Assembly (NCBI GenBank): GCA_963701295.1
Contig: OY969585.1
Span: 2,944,001 to 3,008,000 of the forward strand
Direction: 5' to 3'
Length of the DNA stretch: 64,000 bases
From: Ignavibacteriota bacterium
Lineage (GTDB): Bacteria > Bacteroidota > Ignavibacteria > UBA10030
The position numbers and the translations under genes were made by a program. The first letter of the stretch is position 1; every line of letters begins with the position of its first letter. The notes beneath the pieces were generated by a model. That model saw only the letters and a list, made by a program, of their open reading frames with translations. It was not told where the DNA came from and did no database searches. Shown here one piece after another: positions 30,065 to 40,331 of this stretch.

Positions 30065-30211
30065 AAAAAAAGCCGACCGAGAAACAATGGTCTTCTCGTT
30101 CGGCTAAACATGGAAGCAGAGAGTCTCGGCCGAACTTGAAAAAGGTTTCTACGGCAAATGCAATTCCTAACTTTTTACCCTGTGACACTTTAGGAATGAA
30201 CCTTTATCAAG
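30065..30211 (-). promoter_or_regulatory. Structured porU leader: nested stems, alternative pairing and a terminator-like hairpin with U7 abutting the ATG
   Basis: Stems 30199-30211/30135-30147 (12/13 pairs) and 30190-30197/30163-30170 (8/8). Hairpin 30071-30105 then U7 then ATG. 30129-30135 is complementary to the hairpin 5' arm. Confidence 0.6.
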
Positions 30212-30433
30212 CCTTCGATATACTCTCCATAAATAGAACATCACATCATGAATTTATGATAAGATAACGAATGAAATGAAGATTGTCAAGCAAGCAAGAT
30301 TGGAATATCTCACAGGAAAAGAGCGGCCGAAGAAAACTTACATCGTTCGCTGATATTCCAAGAATTGTTTTGCAGTTGTGGCAACATTTGGGTAAATTAG
30401 CTTTGCAAATGAATTTATTCTCAATCAGGTAAT

Positions 30434-31921
30434 ATGTCAAGACCACTCAACATTCTTTTTGTTTCGAGCGAAGTAGAACCTTTCGCTAAAACCGGCGGGC
30501 TTGCCGATGTTTCCAGTGCTCTTCCAAAGGCAGTCAAAGATCTTGGACATGAAATCCGTATTATGATGCCGCGGTATCGATTTATCGGCGAGCGAAAGTT
30601 CAAATTACACGATATCATCCGTCTCCACGGAATCCCCATTCCAATCGGAAATTTGACCGAACTTGGGAACGTAAAATCATCATTTATCAATAATTTAAAA
30701 GAAAAAGTTCAAGTCTATTTTCTCGATAATGCAAATTACTTTGGGCGCGATGGCATCTACCAAAGTCCGACAACGAAAAAAGATTATAAAGATAATGATG
30801 AACGGTTCATTTTCTTCTGCCGTGGTGTCATAGAAACTTTGAAGCGGCTTGGATGGCAGCCGGATATCATCCATTGCAACGATTGGCAGTCAGGGCTTAT
30901 CGCTGCCTATCTCAAAACGATGTTCTCGACTGATCCGTTCTTCAAATCGATGAAAACGGTTTTCACGATCCATAACATGGGATATCAGGGTGCATTTTCA
31001 AAGGAGTCCTTTATTAAATCAAATTTGCCTGAAGAGTTGTTCCGTCCCAACGGTGTAGAAGCATACGGAAACTTCAACTTTCTCAAAACTGGATTGTTTT
31101 TCTCTGACGGTATAACAACGGTGAGCGAAAAATATGCCGATGAAATCTGTGCATCTCCCGAAATTGGTGCCGGACTCAACGGACTTCTTTCAACTCGGCG
31201 AAAAGATTTGCATGGAATTCTGAATGGCATCGATTATCAAATTTGGAATCCTGCCACAGATGAATTCTCTTTCCGCAAATATGATGTCAAATCTATTGAA
31301 GCAAAGGTGGACAATAAACGAGCTTTGCTCACAAAATTCGGATTGGAATTTTCCGAGAACCGTCCGGTGATCGGAATGATCAGTCGGCTTGCAGATCAGA
31401 AAGGATTCGACCTGGTCTTTGAAATTATTGAGGATATTATTCGGCTGGACTTACAGTTCGTGATGCTGGTAGCTGGTGAAAGAGAATACGAAAAGAAAAT
31501 TGAAGCTCTTCAAAAGAAATACTCCAAACGCATTGCGGTAGTCATAGGGTACGACAATGAAATTGCACATTTGATCGAAGCTGGAACGGATATGTTTCTC
31601 ATGCCGTCTAAGTACGAGCCGTGTGGTCTTAATCAGATGTACAGTATGCGCTATGGCACGGTTCCTGTTGTTCGAGCGACCGGCGGGTTAGATGATACAG
31701 TAGAAGATTATACTGGAAACGGAAAAGGAACCGGTTTCAAGTTTGAAAAGTATGAATCGAAAGAATTGATGAAAGTCATTCAGCGTGCACTGAAGGTCTT
31801 TCAACAGCCTGAAGAATGGAAACGGCTCATGCGAAATGGCATGATGCAAGATTTTTCGTGGGAACATTCTGCACGGAAATACATCAACTTATATAAAGAA
31901 CTTTTAAGACATAACGCATAG
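30434..31921 (+). CDS. glgA: Glycogen synthase
   Basis: KTGGLADV, HCNDWQ, TIHN and MPSKYEPCGLNQ motifs. Confidence 0.96.
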   Translation: MSRPLNILFVSSEVEPFAKTGGLADVSSALPKAVKDLGHEIRIMMPRYRFIGERKFKLHDIIRLHGIPIPIGNLTELGNVKSSFINNLKEKVQVYFLDNANYFGRDGIYQSPTTKKDYKDNDERFIFFCRGVIETLKRLGWQPDIIHCNDWQSGLIAAYLKTMFSTDPFFKSMKTVFTIHNMGYQGAFSKESFIKSNLPEELFRPNGVEAYGNFNFLKTGLFFSDGITTVSEKYADEICASPEIGAGLNGLLSTRRKDLHGILNGIDYQIWNPATDEFSFRKYDVKSIEAKVDNKRALLTKFGLEFSENRPVIGMISRLADQKGFDLVFEIIEDIIRLDLQFVMLVAGEREYEKKIEALQKKYSKRIAVVIGYDNEIAHLIEAGTDMFLMPSKYEPCGLNQMYSMRYGTVPVVRATGGLDDTVEDYTGNGKGTGFKFEKYESKELMKVIQRALKVFQQPEEWKRLMRNGMMQDFSWEHSARKYINLYKELLRHNA

Positions 31922-32133
31922 CACTGGATGACATTGGAATTGTTTGCAATCGCAACGGCACCGATAAAGGCCACAGTACTTGTTCCTGCCAGAGAAATGG
32001 CTTTACATTGACTTCCCCATGGTGTGTATGTTTTTCGTACGGCAACCACCAGAAGTCTGTGCGCACGGGTACCAGAATAATTTTTCGCTTTCTCATCTCA
32101 CATTACTTGAAAAAGATTAAAGGATACCGAATT

Positions 32134-33348
32134 TTGAAGTCAACCCGTTTTTTTCTCCTCTTCTGCACAGGAGCCATGGTGTGTTTATCCTCAGGATGTA
32201 ATGATGCCCCAGATCCAGTTGGAGTATCAACACAGCCGAAATGGGACTATGGTGTTATCCGTGATACTACATTTTATGCCACAGGTCACTCCTCTCTTTC
32301 AAATCGTTTATACACATCAACGATTAACAGATTCATGCTCGGCAAATATCAAACATATCAAGCTTGGGCATGCTTGAAATTTAGTTCTTGGCCCGACTCT
32401 ATGATAGGTGCAACGATTACCAGCGGAACAATTCGATTAAAATCAGTTTATCATTTTGGCAAGTCCATGTCTGTTTTGCCCTTTGTTATGTATCGTGCAC
32501 GAGCAAGTTGGGCAGGCGACTCACTTACCTATGATTCGCTTAGTCTCAACACTATTGCTCAGTCTCCCTATAATTACTATTACGATATCAATACTAAATA
32601 CTCCTCCACGATTCAAGCGGGCGACACCGATTGGGTGACGATTGACATTCCAGATACCACTATGCTACGCGAATGGTTCTCCACAAATTCAGACACTGTG
32701 CATTTGAATGATGGGATTATCCTCAGTCCGGATCCGTCGTCCTCAAATGTTATCAGAGGATATTATTCGTATTATGCAACTGATACATCCTATCAACCTA
32801 CACTTTATGTTAATTATACTGGAGCCTCTGGTCCCAATACGTATGTTCATAAAGTGAGCAGTTCTAAATACGTTTCTACAGTTGATCGTGCAAGTCTCAT
32901 AACTGATAACAATTTGATTTATGTCCAAAACGGTATTTCCTATCGAGGACTTATCTCGTTTGACAACTTCTTAACGACTCCAGTTTTAATTCATCGGGCG
33001 GTTCTTCAAGTAACATTAGACGCAAGCAAATCCTCTCCTCAATTTAAAATTTTCCCTACTCCATTTTTGTATGATTCACTTTATGCACTCTCCGTTGGAA
33101 CAGACAGTATATCTGATGGATCGTTTTCTGCGTTAAGTCCGAGTTCGATAGACAGTGGCCGTGTCATTTATTCATTTGAATCAGCAGGTCTCGCCAATCG
33201 CTGGTTGAACAATTCTTCAGCACGAAAGGTCATGTTGAGCGGCTATATTGAGAAATATTGTTTCGATTTATTTACGATTTATAGCGAAGCGTCCGATTCT
33301 ATAAAATTTAGGCCACGAATTACCATCACGTATTCTATCAAACGTTGA
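32134..33348 (+). CDS. Lipoprotein, DUF4270-like
   Basis: TTG start at 32134 gives a signal peptide with lipobox LSSGC; beta-rich, with PTLYVNY and PRITITYS repeats; next to glgA. Confidence 0.6.
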   Translation: MKSTRFFLLFCTGAMVCLSSGCNDAPDPVGVSTQPKWDYGVIRDTTFYATGHSSLSNRLYTSTINRFMLGKYQTYQAWACLKFSSWPDSMIGATITSGTIRLKSVYHFGKSMSVLPFVMYRARASWAGDSLTYDSLSLNTIAQSPYNYYYDINTKYSSTIQAGDTDWVTIDIPDTTMLREWFSTNSDTVHLNDGIILSPDPSSSNVIRGYYSYYATDTSYQPTLYVNYTGASGPNTYVHKVSSSKYVSTVDRASLITDNNLIYVQNGISYRGLISFDNFLTTPVLIHRAVLQVTLDASKSSPQFKIFPTPFLYDSLYALSVGTDSISDGSFSALSPSSIDSGRVIYSFESAGLANRWLNNSSARKVMLSGYIEKYCFDLFTIYSEASDSIKFRPRITITYSIKR

Positions 33349-34601
33349 CACACCCTTTGACTATGAACTATTTCCGAATTAGAGTTACTCTGGCTGTCTT
33401 CACCGTTCTTTTCCCCCTCATCGCCTATGCAGGTGGATCATCTTACTCACGGTATGGATTTGGAGATATTCTCCGCTATGGCGACAGTCGAATCTATGCA
33501 ATGGGAGGAACAGGCATAGCCCTTGTGGATGATGGAAGCATAAACCTCTTGAATCCAGCCGGTATGGCTCGTATTGGTTTTACAAGATTTTCTACCGGAT
33601 TTGAATACACTTGTTTTTCCTCGAAAGATAGCAGCGGCTCTTCGCTTTATTCTACAGGCGAATTTCAAGGTCTTGCATTTGCGTTTCCCATATCTCGAGA
33701 GAATGGCATCGTTATGTCGATAGAAGCCACTCCGTATAGCAAAGTGAATTATGCAATCAGTTCTTCCAACTTTGACAGCCTATCGGGATCCATTCAACAT
33801 CAAAATTTCTACGGCAGCGGAGGTCTCTCCTATCTAGGACTAGGACTTTCTGGATCACCGCTGAACACATTACATATTGGCGGCCGTTTGAATTATATGT
33901 TTGGCAGCACACGTCAATATCAAATATCCAGTTTTGATAACGGCGATTACACCACTACTACTTTTGACCGTACTATTCATTATTCCGGTTTCACATTCAC
34001 GCTGGGAGCTATTTATGAAGGCATAGACCAACTTCTCGGTCTTCCATCGCTTCATAACTTATCTCTTGGGTTGACACTGAGGACTGCAAGCTCGTTTGAT
34101 GCGAATGCTGAGAGGATTTATTCAACCAGCGACACAACTAATCAAAATGGAACGGCCGACATTCCCCTTTCCGCAGGGTTTGGACTCTCTTATTTACATC
34201 AAGGCAGGTACAGATTTCTCGGCGACTTTGTATTTGAAAATTGGGGAAACCTCAAGCCCTTTGCTTTGGATCCAGTTACACTTCGGAATTCCTACCGAAC
34301 GAGTATCGGTTTCGAGGCAATACCTGAAAAAGGAACAGACACATTTTGGAAACGCATATTTTACCGTGCTGGATTTGCCTATAACTCCACCTATTACCAA
34401 GTCAACGGTGTGGGAATCAACGAGCTCTTAATGAGCGGCGGCGTCGGACTTCCTATAGGACCTGAGTCTTGGCTCAATATCGGTTTGCAGGTTGGGTTTC
34501 GCGGTACGACCGATAATAATTTACAGAAAGACATCATCGTTCGCCTTTCTGTTGCCGTATCCGCAAGTGAACTTTGGTTTCTCAAATTTGAAGAAGAGTA
34601 A
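33345..34601 (+). CDS. Outer-membrane barrel protein (FadL/PorV-like)
   Basis: SSYSRYGFGD, AMGGTG, NPA, YRAG and a C-terminal ELWF. Confidence 0.7.
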   Translation: MTHPLTMNYFRIRVTLAVFTVLFPLIAYAGGSSYSRYGFGDILRYGDSRIYAMGGTGIALVDDGSINLLNPAGMARIGFTRFSTGFEYTCFSSKDSSGSSLYSTGEFQGLAFAFPISRENGIVMSIEATPYSKVNYAISSSNFDSLSGSIQHQNFYGSGGLSYLGLGLSGSPLNTLHIGGRLNYMFGSTRQYQISSFDNGDYTTTTFDRTIHYSGFTFTLGAIYEGIDQLLGLPSLHNLSLGLTLRTASSFDANAERIYSTSDTTNQNGTADIPLSAGFGLSYLHQGRYRFLGDFVFENWGNLKPFALDPVTLRNSYRTSIGFEAIPEKGTDTFWKRIFYRAGFAYNSTYYQVNGVGINELLMSGGVGLPIGPESWLNIGLQVGFRGTTDNNLQKDIIVRLSVAVSASELWFLKFEEE

Positions 34602-34606
34602 ATTCT

Positions 34607-35047
34607 ATGATAGCTATCGGCAGTGATCATGCAGGGTTTGAATATAAAGAACAATTGAAAAAGCTCCTTGATGAAATCGGAAAGCCTTATCAGGATTTCG
34701 GTACTACTTCTCCAGACCCAGTCGATTATCCGGATTTTGCACATCTTGTTTCGAAGGCGGTCGCATCCGGCAAATGCCTGCGTGGTATTTTAATCTGTGG
34801 AACAGGAATTGGTATGTCGATCGTCGCCAACAAACATAAAGGAATCCGGGCTGCTGCCTGTGAATCTCCTGCCTCTGCAAAACTTTCACGCGAACATAAT
34901 GATGCCAATATCCTCTGTTTTGGCGCACGCATCATCAGCTGGGAAACAGCAACTGAAATTGTGAAGACGTTTCTCTCAACTCCTTTTAGCGGCGGCGAGC
35001 GACATATGGGTCGCATCGAAAAGATTCACTTGTTAACAAATCTCTAG
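34607..35047 (+). CDS. rpiB: Ribose-5-phosphate isomerase B
   Basis: GSDHAG, DYPD, CGTGIG and HNDAN motifs. Confidence 0.96.
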   Translation: MIAIGSDHAGFEYKEQLKKLLDEIGKPYQDFGTTSPDPVDYPDFAHLVSKAVASGKCLRGILICGTGIGMSIVANKHKGIRAAACESPASAKLSREHNDANILCFGARIISWETATEIVKTFLSTPFSGGERHMGRIEKIHLLTNL

Positions 35048-35101
35048 AATCCATTAAAATGTTTATCACTCAATTAAACAATTTTCTTAAAGAACTTACT
35101 C

Positions 35102-36397
35102 ATGAAAAATCTTAAAACCGCCGATTCAGAAGTCTATGCCGCCATTCAAAGCGAAGTTCATAGACAAAACTCCAAGCTGGAACTTATCGCTTCGGAGAAC
35201 TTCGTGAGCCTTGCAGTACTGGAAGCAATGGGCAGCGCTCTGACGAACAAATATGCAGAAGGATATCCTGCGAAACGATACTATGGGGGCTGCGAGTTTG
35301 TCGACATTGCCGAAAATCTTGCACGTGATCGTGCCAAAAAATTATTCGGCGCTGAATATGTCAACGTGCAGCCGCATTCCGGTTCGCAAGCGAACATGGC
35401 AGTTTATTTCTCTTTCATCAAACCTGGCGATACTGTCATGGGCATGAATCTTTCTCATGGCGGCCACCTGACGCATGGGTCTCCAGTGAACTTTTCAGGA
35501 CAATTGTATCGTTTTACAGCCTATGGCATATCGAAGGACACCGGACGCATCGATTACAACAATGTAGAAGAAACGGCAAAACGCGAGAAGCCTAAGATGA
35601 TTACTGTTGGAGCTAGTGCCTATTCGCGCAACATTGATTATAAGGCATTTCGAGAAATTGCAGACAAGGTTGGCGCATTCCTCTTTGCCGATATTGCTCA
35701 TCCGGCAGGATTGATCGCGGCAAAGCTGCACAACGATCCGCTTCCTTATTGTCATGTCGTTTCATCGACAACTCATAAAACGCTCCGAGGCCCTCGCGGC
35801 GGACTCATTCTTATCGGCAAAGATTACGAGAATCCATTTGGGCATGTGGCGCCAAAATCCGGCCGCAAGAAGATGATGTCGGAATTAATTGATTCGATGG
35901 TTATTCCCGGTGTTCAAGGCGGAGCACTTATGCACGTGGTTGCTGCAAAAGCAGTTGCCTTCGGCGAAAATCTTCGGCCGGAATACCGCACCTATGGAGA
36001 ACAAATCATCAAGAACGCTCATGCTCTCGCAGCAGCATTAGTAAAACGCGGCTACAATATTATTTCCGGCGGCACAGACAATCATCTCATGTTACTTGAT
36101 TTACGTAATAAAAATCTCACCGGCAAAGATTCTCAGGAAGCGCTGGATCTCGCAGGGATTACGGTGAATAAAAATGCTGTGCCATTCGACGACAAATCGC
36201 CGCTCATCACTAGCGGCATTCGCGTTGGCACGCCTGCTGTTACAACACGCGGACTGAAAGAACCGGAAATGGAAATTATTGCTGGCTTCATCGATCGTGC
36301 GCTGACCAACCGAACGGATGAAAAAGTACTGAAGCAAGTAAGCGAAGATGTTAAAACACTCTGTGCAAAATTCCCGCTGTATCCAGAACTGATATAG
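35102..36397 (+). CDS. glyA: Serine hydroxymethyltransferase
   Basis: [21 protein letters not shown] and [12 protein letters not shown] motifs. Confidence 0.98.
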   Translation: MKNLKTADSEVYAAIQSEVHRQNSKLELIASENFVSLAVLEAMGSALTNKYAEGYPAKRYYGGCEFVDIAENLARDRAKKLFGAEYVNVQPHSGSQANMAVYFSFIKPGDTVMGMNLSHGGHLTHGSPVNFSGQLYRFTAYGISKDTGRIDYNNVEETAKREKPKMITVGASAYSRNIDYKAFREIADKVGAFLFADIAHPAGLIAAKLHNDPLPYCHVVSSTTHKTLRGPRGGLILIGKDYENPFGHVAPKSGRKKMMSELIDSMVIPGVQGGALMHVVAAKAVAFGENLRPEYRTYGEQIIKNAHALAAALVKRGYNIISGGTDNHLMLLDLRNKNLTGKDSQEALDLAGITVNKNAVPFDDKSPLITSGIRVGTPAVTTRGLKEPEMEIIAGFIDRALTNRTDEKVLKQVSEDVKTLCAKFPLYPELI

Positions 36398-36403
36398 AGT
36401 TGC

Positions 36404-37201
36404 TTGATGGGCATAACCCAAGCCATTCTTAGTAAAATATTCCAATCGGCTGGAAAATCTCCAAGCCAAAAGGAAATGTCTTTTCTGGAGCACCTCGACG
36501 AGCTTCGTTCAAAAATCATTAAAGCGCTGATAGGAATTTTTGTCGGCACAATACTTTGTGTCTTCTTCGCTGACTTCATTGTTCAAAATGTACTATTGCA
36601 CCCGCTTCGGTCAGCGAGCTTAAAGGTACAAGTGCTTTCGCCTTACGGTATTGTGATGCTGTATATGGAGGCTGTACTGATATGCGGAATCATTCTCAGC
36701 ATGCCGTATACCATTTATTGTCTCTGGACGTTTGTCGCTCCTGGATTGCTCCCCAAAGAACGCCGCTACATCTCGCGTATTGTCTTCTTCACATCGTTTT
36801 GTTTTTTTGCTGGCGTAATATTCGGATATTATATTTTATTACCTGGGGCACTTGCTTTCTTTGCTTCTTTTGGTACGCAGAATATCGACATGAATATTGC
36901 TCTCGATCAATACGTAAGCTTTATGCTTACATTACTGCTTGGTGCGGGACTCGTGTTTGAACTTCCCATGATCTCTTATTTTTTATCCAAGATGGGAATA
37001 CTGGCTCCCAGCTTTATGCGCAAGTACCGCCGTCATGCCATAGTCATCATCTTTATTATTTCTGCAGTTGTTACGCCGACCCCTGATATGGTAACACAGA
37101 CTCTTCTCGCTCTGCCAATGATCTTTTTATATGAGGTCAGCATTTTCATCTCTAAGTATTCACAAAAAAAGGCAGAGTCTTCTCCTGAAGATGCCGCATG
37201 A
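36404..37201 (+). CDS. tatC: Twin-arginine translocase subunit TatC
   Basis: MSFLEHLDELR, FVAPGL, FELP and TPTPD motifs. Confidence 0.95.
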   Translation: MMGITQAILSKIFQSAGKSPSQKEMSFLEHLDELRSKIIKALIGIFVGTILCVFFADFIVQNVLLHPLRSASLKVQVLSPYGIVMLYMEAVLICGIILSMPYTIYCLWTFVAPGLLPKERRYISRIVFFTSFCFFAGVIFGYYILLPGALAFFASFGTQNIDMNIALDQYVSFMLTLLLGAGLVFELPMISYFLSKMGILAPSFMRKYRRHAIVIIFIISAVVTPTPDMVTQTLLALPMIFLYEVSIFISKYSQKKAESSPEDAA

Positions 37202-38193
37202 GTATATTTCATCCATCAGAGAGTTCACTCGATAACATTCGCGAGCCGGTCACACAAGAACTCAAGAAGTTCGATAGCGTTTTTCGGGAGGCTATGCGGT
37301 CTCAGGTTGCTCTGGTGTATCTCATCACCCGCTACATCCTGCGCCAAAAGGGAAAACGCGTTCGCCCATTGTTGGTGATGCTCAGCGCAAAGTTATGCGG
37401 CGAGATTAATGATAGCACCTACCGCGCTGCTACACTCATCGAGCTTCTGCATTCTGCTACACTCGTTCACGATGATGTCGTCGACGATGCTGACACACGC
37501 CGCGGTTTTGCTTCCATCAATGCTGTCTGGAAAAATAAAGTAGCTGTGCTAATGGGTGATTATCTCCTTTCACGCGGTTTGCTGCTATCGCTGCAGTACC
37601 ATGATTATTACTTTTTAAATTCAACAGCCTTTGCGGTGAAGCGAATGAGCGAAGGAGAATTGCTGCAGATTCAAAAAAGCCGACAGCTGAACATTGACGA
37701 AGAAACCTATATTAAGATCATAGGCGATAAGACAGCATCGCTCTTTTCAGCGTGCACGGATATCGGGGCAGCAAGTACAACGGAAGATCCGGAGAAAAGA
37801 AATTTACTGAAAGCGTACGGCGAGAATGTCGGATTGGCATTTCAGATACGGGACGATCTGCTCGATTATCTCGGGCGAAAGAGTATTCTTGGCAAGCCAA
37901 CCGGCGGCGATATTAAGGAAAAGAAACTTACACTGCCCCTGATTCACGCGCTTCATCAGAGCGATCGACATGAAGCACAGCAGGCATTACGATTTGTAAA
38001 AAAAGACGCGAAGAAAAAAGATATTGCATGGATCGTCGACTTTGTCCGTACTAACGGCGGCATCGAGTATTCACTTCAAAAAGCGGAAGAGTTTGCAGCA
38101 CATGCTCGCGATTGTCTCTCCTCTTTCCCTGATTCACCGGAGAAACAATCTCTTCTGCAATTTGTTCGTTTTGTTATTGAGCGAAATCGTTAG
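37198..38193 (+). CDS. Long-chain polyprenyl diphosphate synthase
   Basis: GKRVRP, HDDVVD..RRG and FQIRDDLLD motifs. Confidence 0.93.
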   Translation: MSIFHPSESSLDNIREPVTQELKKFDSVFREAMRSQVALVYLITRYILRQKGKRVRPLLVMLSAKLCGEINDSTYRAATLIELLHSATLVHDDVVDDADTRRGFASINAVWKNKVAVLMGDYLLSRGLLLSLQYHDYYFLNSTAFAVKRMSEGELLQIQKSRQLNIDEETYIKIIGDKTASLFSACTDIGAASTTEDPEKRNLLKAYGENVGLAFQIRDDLLDYLGRKSILGKPTGGDIKEKKLTLPLIHALHQSDRHEAQQALRFVKKDAKKKDIAWIVDFVRTNGGIEYSLQKAEEFAAHARDCLSSFPDSPEKQSLLQFVRFVIERNR

Positions 38194-38209
38194 AACAAAA
38201 ATTGCGAAT

Positions 38210-38412
38210 AGGCGCTTCCTGAGTCTTACAATTCTTTGTTGTGTCTTTAAACAATTTTGATGGCACGCGCAAAGCACGCATTGTCATTGTTCCAGTCCCG
38301 CTTTGCGGGACACACAATTCGCGGAGCAGCTGGAAGCCTGAGAATATCATATCGTTCTGCGTCGTTTTAAATTCTTTTATAGAGAGTTTACACAACAAGA
38401 GTGAAGCCCGCT
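38210..38412. repeat. Long imperfect inverted repeat with a central GTCCCGC-ttt-GCGGGAC hairpin
   Basis: ttgttgtgt (about 38237) pairs with acacaacaa (about 38390); hairpin at 38295-38311 recurs at 57728-57744. Confidence 0.5.
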
Positions 38413-38439
38413 CCCTTTTGTGCTTAGTTTCATTTTCAC

Positions 38440-39069
38440 TTAATTATTTTTTATTAGTGCAAGACGAATCCCTAATATTACTAAAATAAATCCCGAAATA
38501 TTTTGAAGTCTTTTTGCTATGACATTGCTTTTCATGAGACGTTGTCCAATCCAACCGGAAAAATATCCAAGTGCAGCAAGAAATAGTATAGTGAATAAAG
38601 CGAATACTAATCCAAGAATTATAAATTGCGTTGCAGCACTTTCTTGTTCTTTGACACTTACAAATTGTGGAAGAAAAGAAATAAAGAATAAAGCTACTTT
38701 AGGATTAAATACATTTGAAATCAAACCTTGTGTAAATATCTTATTGCTTTTTGTTTTTCCAGATCTTTCTACATTAAATTCTCTTTTATCTAAAATCGTT
38801 TTAATTCCTATATAAATTAAATAACCAGCTCCAATACACTTAACAATCATAAAAGCAAGAGCTGATGTTTTCAAGATAATTGACAATCCTAATGCGGCGA
38901 ATATTGTGTGAACAAATATGCCTAAAGTTACACCCGCCGCAGAAATCAATCCGGCTTTTCTACCATCCGATATTCCCCTGGTCAGAACATATATGACATC
39001 TGGTCCAGGAGTTATTATTAATATCCAGGATAATACAATAAATAATCCAAAATCTTTAATTCCTATCAT
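38440..39069 (-). CDS. LysE/RhtB family amino-acid exporter
   Basis: ITPGPD, GAGYLIYIG and NPKVALFF motifs; visibly AT-rich. Confidence 0.92.
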   Translation of the reverse strand: MIGIKDFGLFIVLSWILIITPGPDVIYVLTRGISDGRKAGLISAAGVTLGIFVHTIFAALGLSIILKTSALAFMIVKCIGAGYLIYIGIKTILDKREFNVERSGKTKSNKIFTQGLISNVFNPKVALFFISFLPQFVSVKEQESAATQFIILGLVFALFTILFLAALGYFSGWIGQRLMKSNVIAKRLQNISGFILVILGIRLALIKNN

Positions 39070-39218
39070 ATTCAGTTCTATTTTGTGTTACCTAAAATTA
39101 AGCGCAACTATTTATCGCGCTTATTGTTGATTTATTATTCTTGTAATTTCTTTACAGGGTGTTCCCCAATACAACGAATGAGCTTCGTTTATCTGCCTTT
39201 TTTGTTTTTAGCCAACCC

Positions 39219-39752
39219 TTATTCTTTCACAAACTCATGTTCACCGGTTCGCACAACCAGGACAGGACAGGGAGCTTTCCGGACAACTTTTTCCGCTGTA
39301 CTGCCAAAGAGGATATGCTCCATTCCTGAATGTCCATGAGTAGCTATTATTATGAGATCGATGTCTCTTTCTTGGGCGTACTGGTTAATCTCGTAGAACG
39401 GCTTTCCTGTGCGGACAACCTTGCGCGATACTACTTTGCCGCCGATTTCCTTCTTAATGAGATTTTCCAATTCTTCATTGCCATATACCTGTAGCTCTTC
39501 TTCGACATTGGGGAATCCGATTTGACCGAAACTAAAATCCGCCGGATAAACAGTCGGTTCGACAACGTAAATAAGATCAATGGAAGTTTTGAATTGCTGT
39601 GCGAAGGATAATGCATATTTGAGCGCGTTCTTCGAATGATCGGAGAAATCAATGGGTACAAGAATGCGCTGAAGCTTGATGTGCGTTCGACTTGACGGTC
39701 TATTCTTTTTTGCCGGTACCTTCTTGATTGGATGGACCTTTTTCGCTGTCAT
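39219..39752 (-). CDS. Universal stress protein
   Basis: ILVPIDFS, ATHG and GSTAEKVVRKAPCPVLVV motifs. Confidence 0.95.
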   Translation of the reverse strand: MTAKKVHPIKKVPAKKNRPSSRTHIKLQRILVPIDFSDHSKNALKYALSFAQQFKTSIDLIYVVEPTVYPADFSFGQIGFPNVEEELQVYGNEELENLIKKEIGGKVVSRKVVRTGKPFYEINQYAQERDIDLIIIATHGHSGMEHILFGSTAEKVVRKAPCPVLVVRTGEHEFVKE

Positions 39753-40326
39753 GGGAATCCCTTTCGCCTTGTGCTTGAAGTCGTTCGAGTTGACTCTTCA
39801 CCTTGGAAAGTTCTTTATCTGTATGTCGCAACCGCTGTGCAACTATTTCTGCAAGTTTGAGTACGATTTTAATGCCTAAGGTTGTATTCTTTTCAATTAA
39901 TTCAAAAAGGTCCGGACGAAAAAAACCAATGAGCGTACATTCTGTTTTGCAGACAGCATTGGCAGAACGCGGTGATTCATCTAAAAGTGCAAGTTCACCA
40001 AAAAAATCGCCGTCTCCGAAGAGTGCAAGCTCTTCCTCATTCCCATCTTTACCCTGGATGACGATGGAAACTTCTCCGTCTTTGACAATATACATTCCTA
40101 ATCCTGGATCTCCTTGATAGAATACAGGTTCACCGATGCGGTATTCGCGTTTATGGACAATTGCGGCAACTTCTTTCAATTCCCTCGGTGCAAGGTTGGC
40201 AAATGCCGGCACTTTGCTCAACACTTCTTCTATCGTACCTTCGCGGATAACACGTTGGGAGAATAAATTTCGCCAGAGTGCATTATCCGTCGAAGATTGT
40301 GAAGTTGCCATTGTCTTTACTCCCAT
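39700..40326 (-). CDS. Cyclic-nucleotide-binding domain protein (no HTH)
   Basis: QGDPG, GEV and FFGELAL...PRSANA motifs. Confidence 0.9.
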   Translation of the reverse strand: MGVKTMATSQSSTDNALWRNLFSQRVIREGTIEEVLSKVPAFANLAPRELKEVAAIVHKREYRIGEPVFYQGDPGLGMYIVKDGEVSIVIQGKDGNEEELALFGDGDFFGELALLDESPRSANAVCKTECTLIGFFRPDLFELIEKNTTLGIKIVLKLAEIVAQRLRHTDKELSKVKSQLERLQAQGERDSHDSEKGPSNQEGTGKKE

Positions 40327-40331
40327 ATGGT

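Noticed and set aside
30140-30190. c-di-GMP-I riboswitch, suggested by CACAGGGTAAA resembling CACAGGGCAAA
   Set aside because: The GAAA-capped P2 and GACGCAAAGC elements are missing, so it is reported only as an unclassified structured leader.
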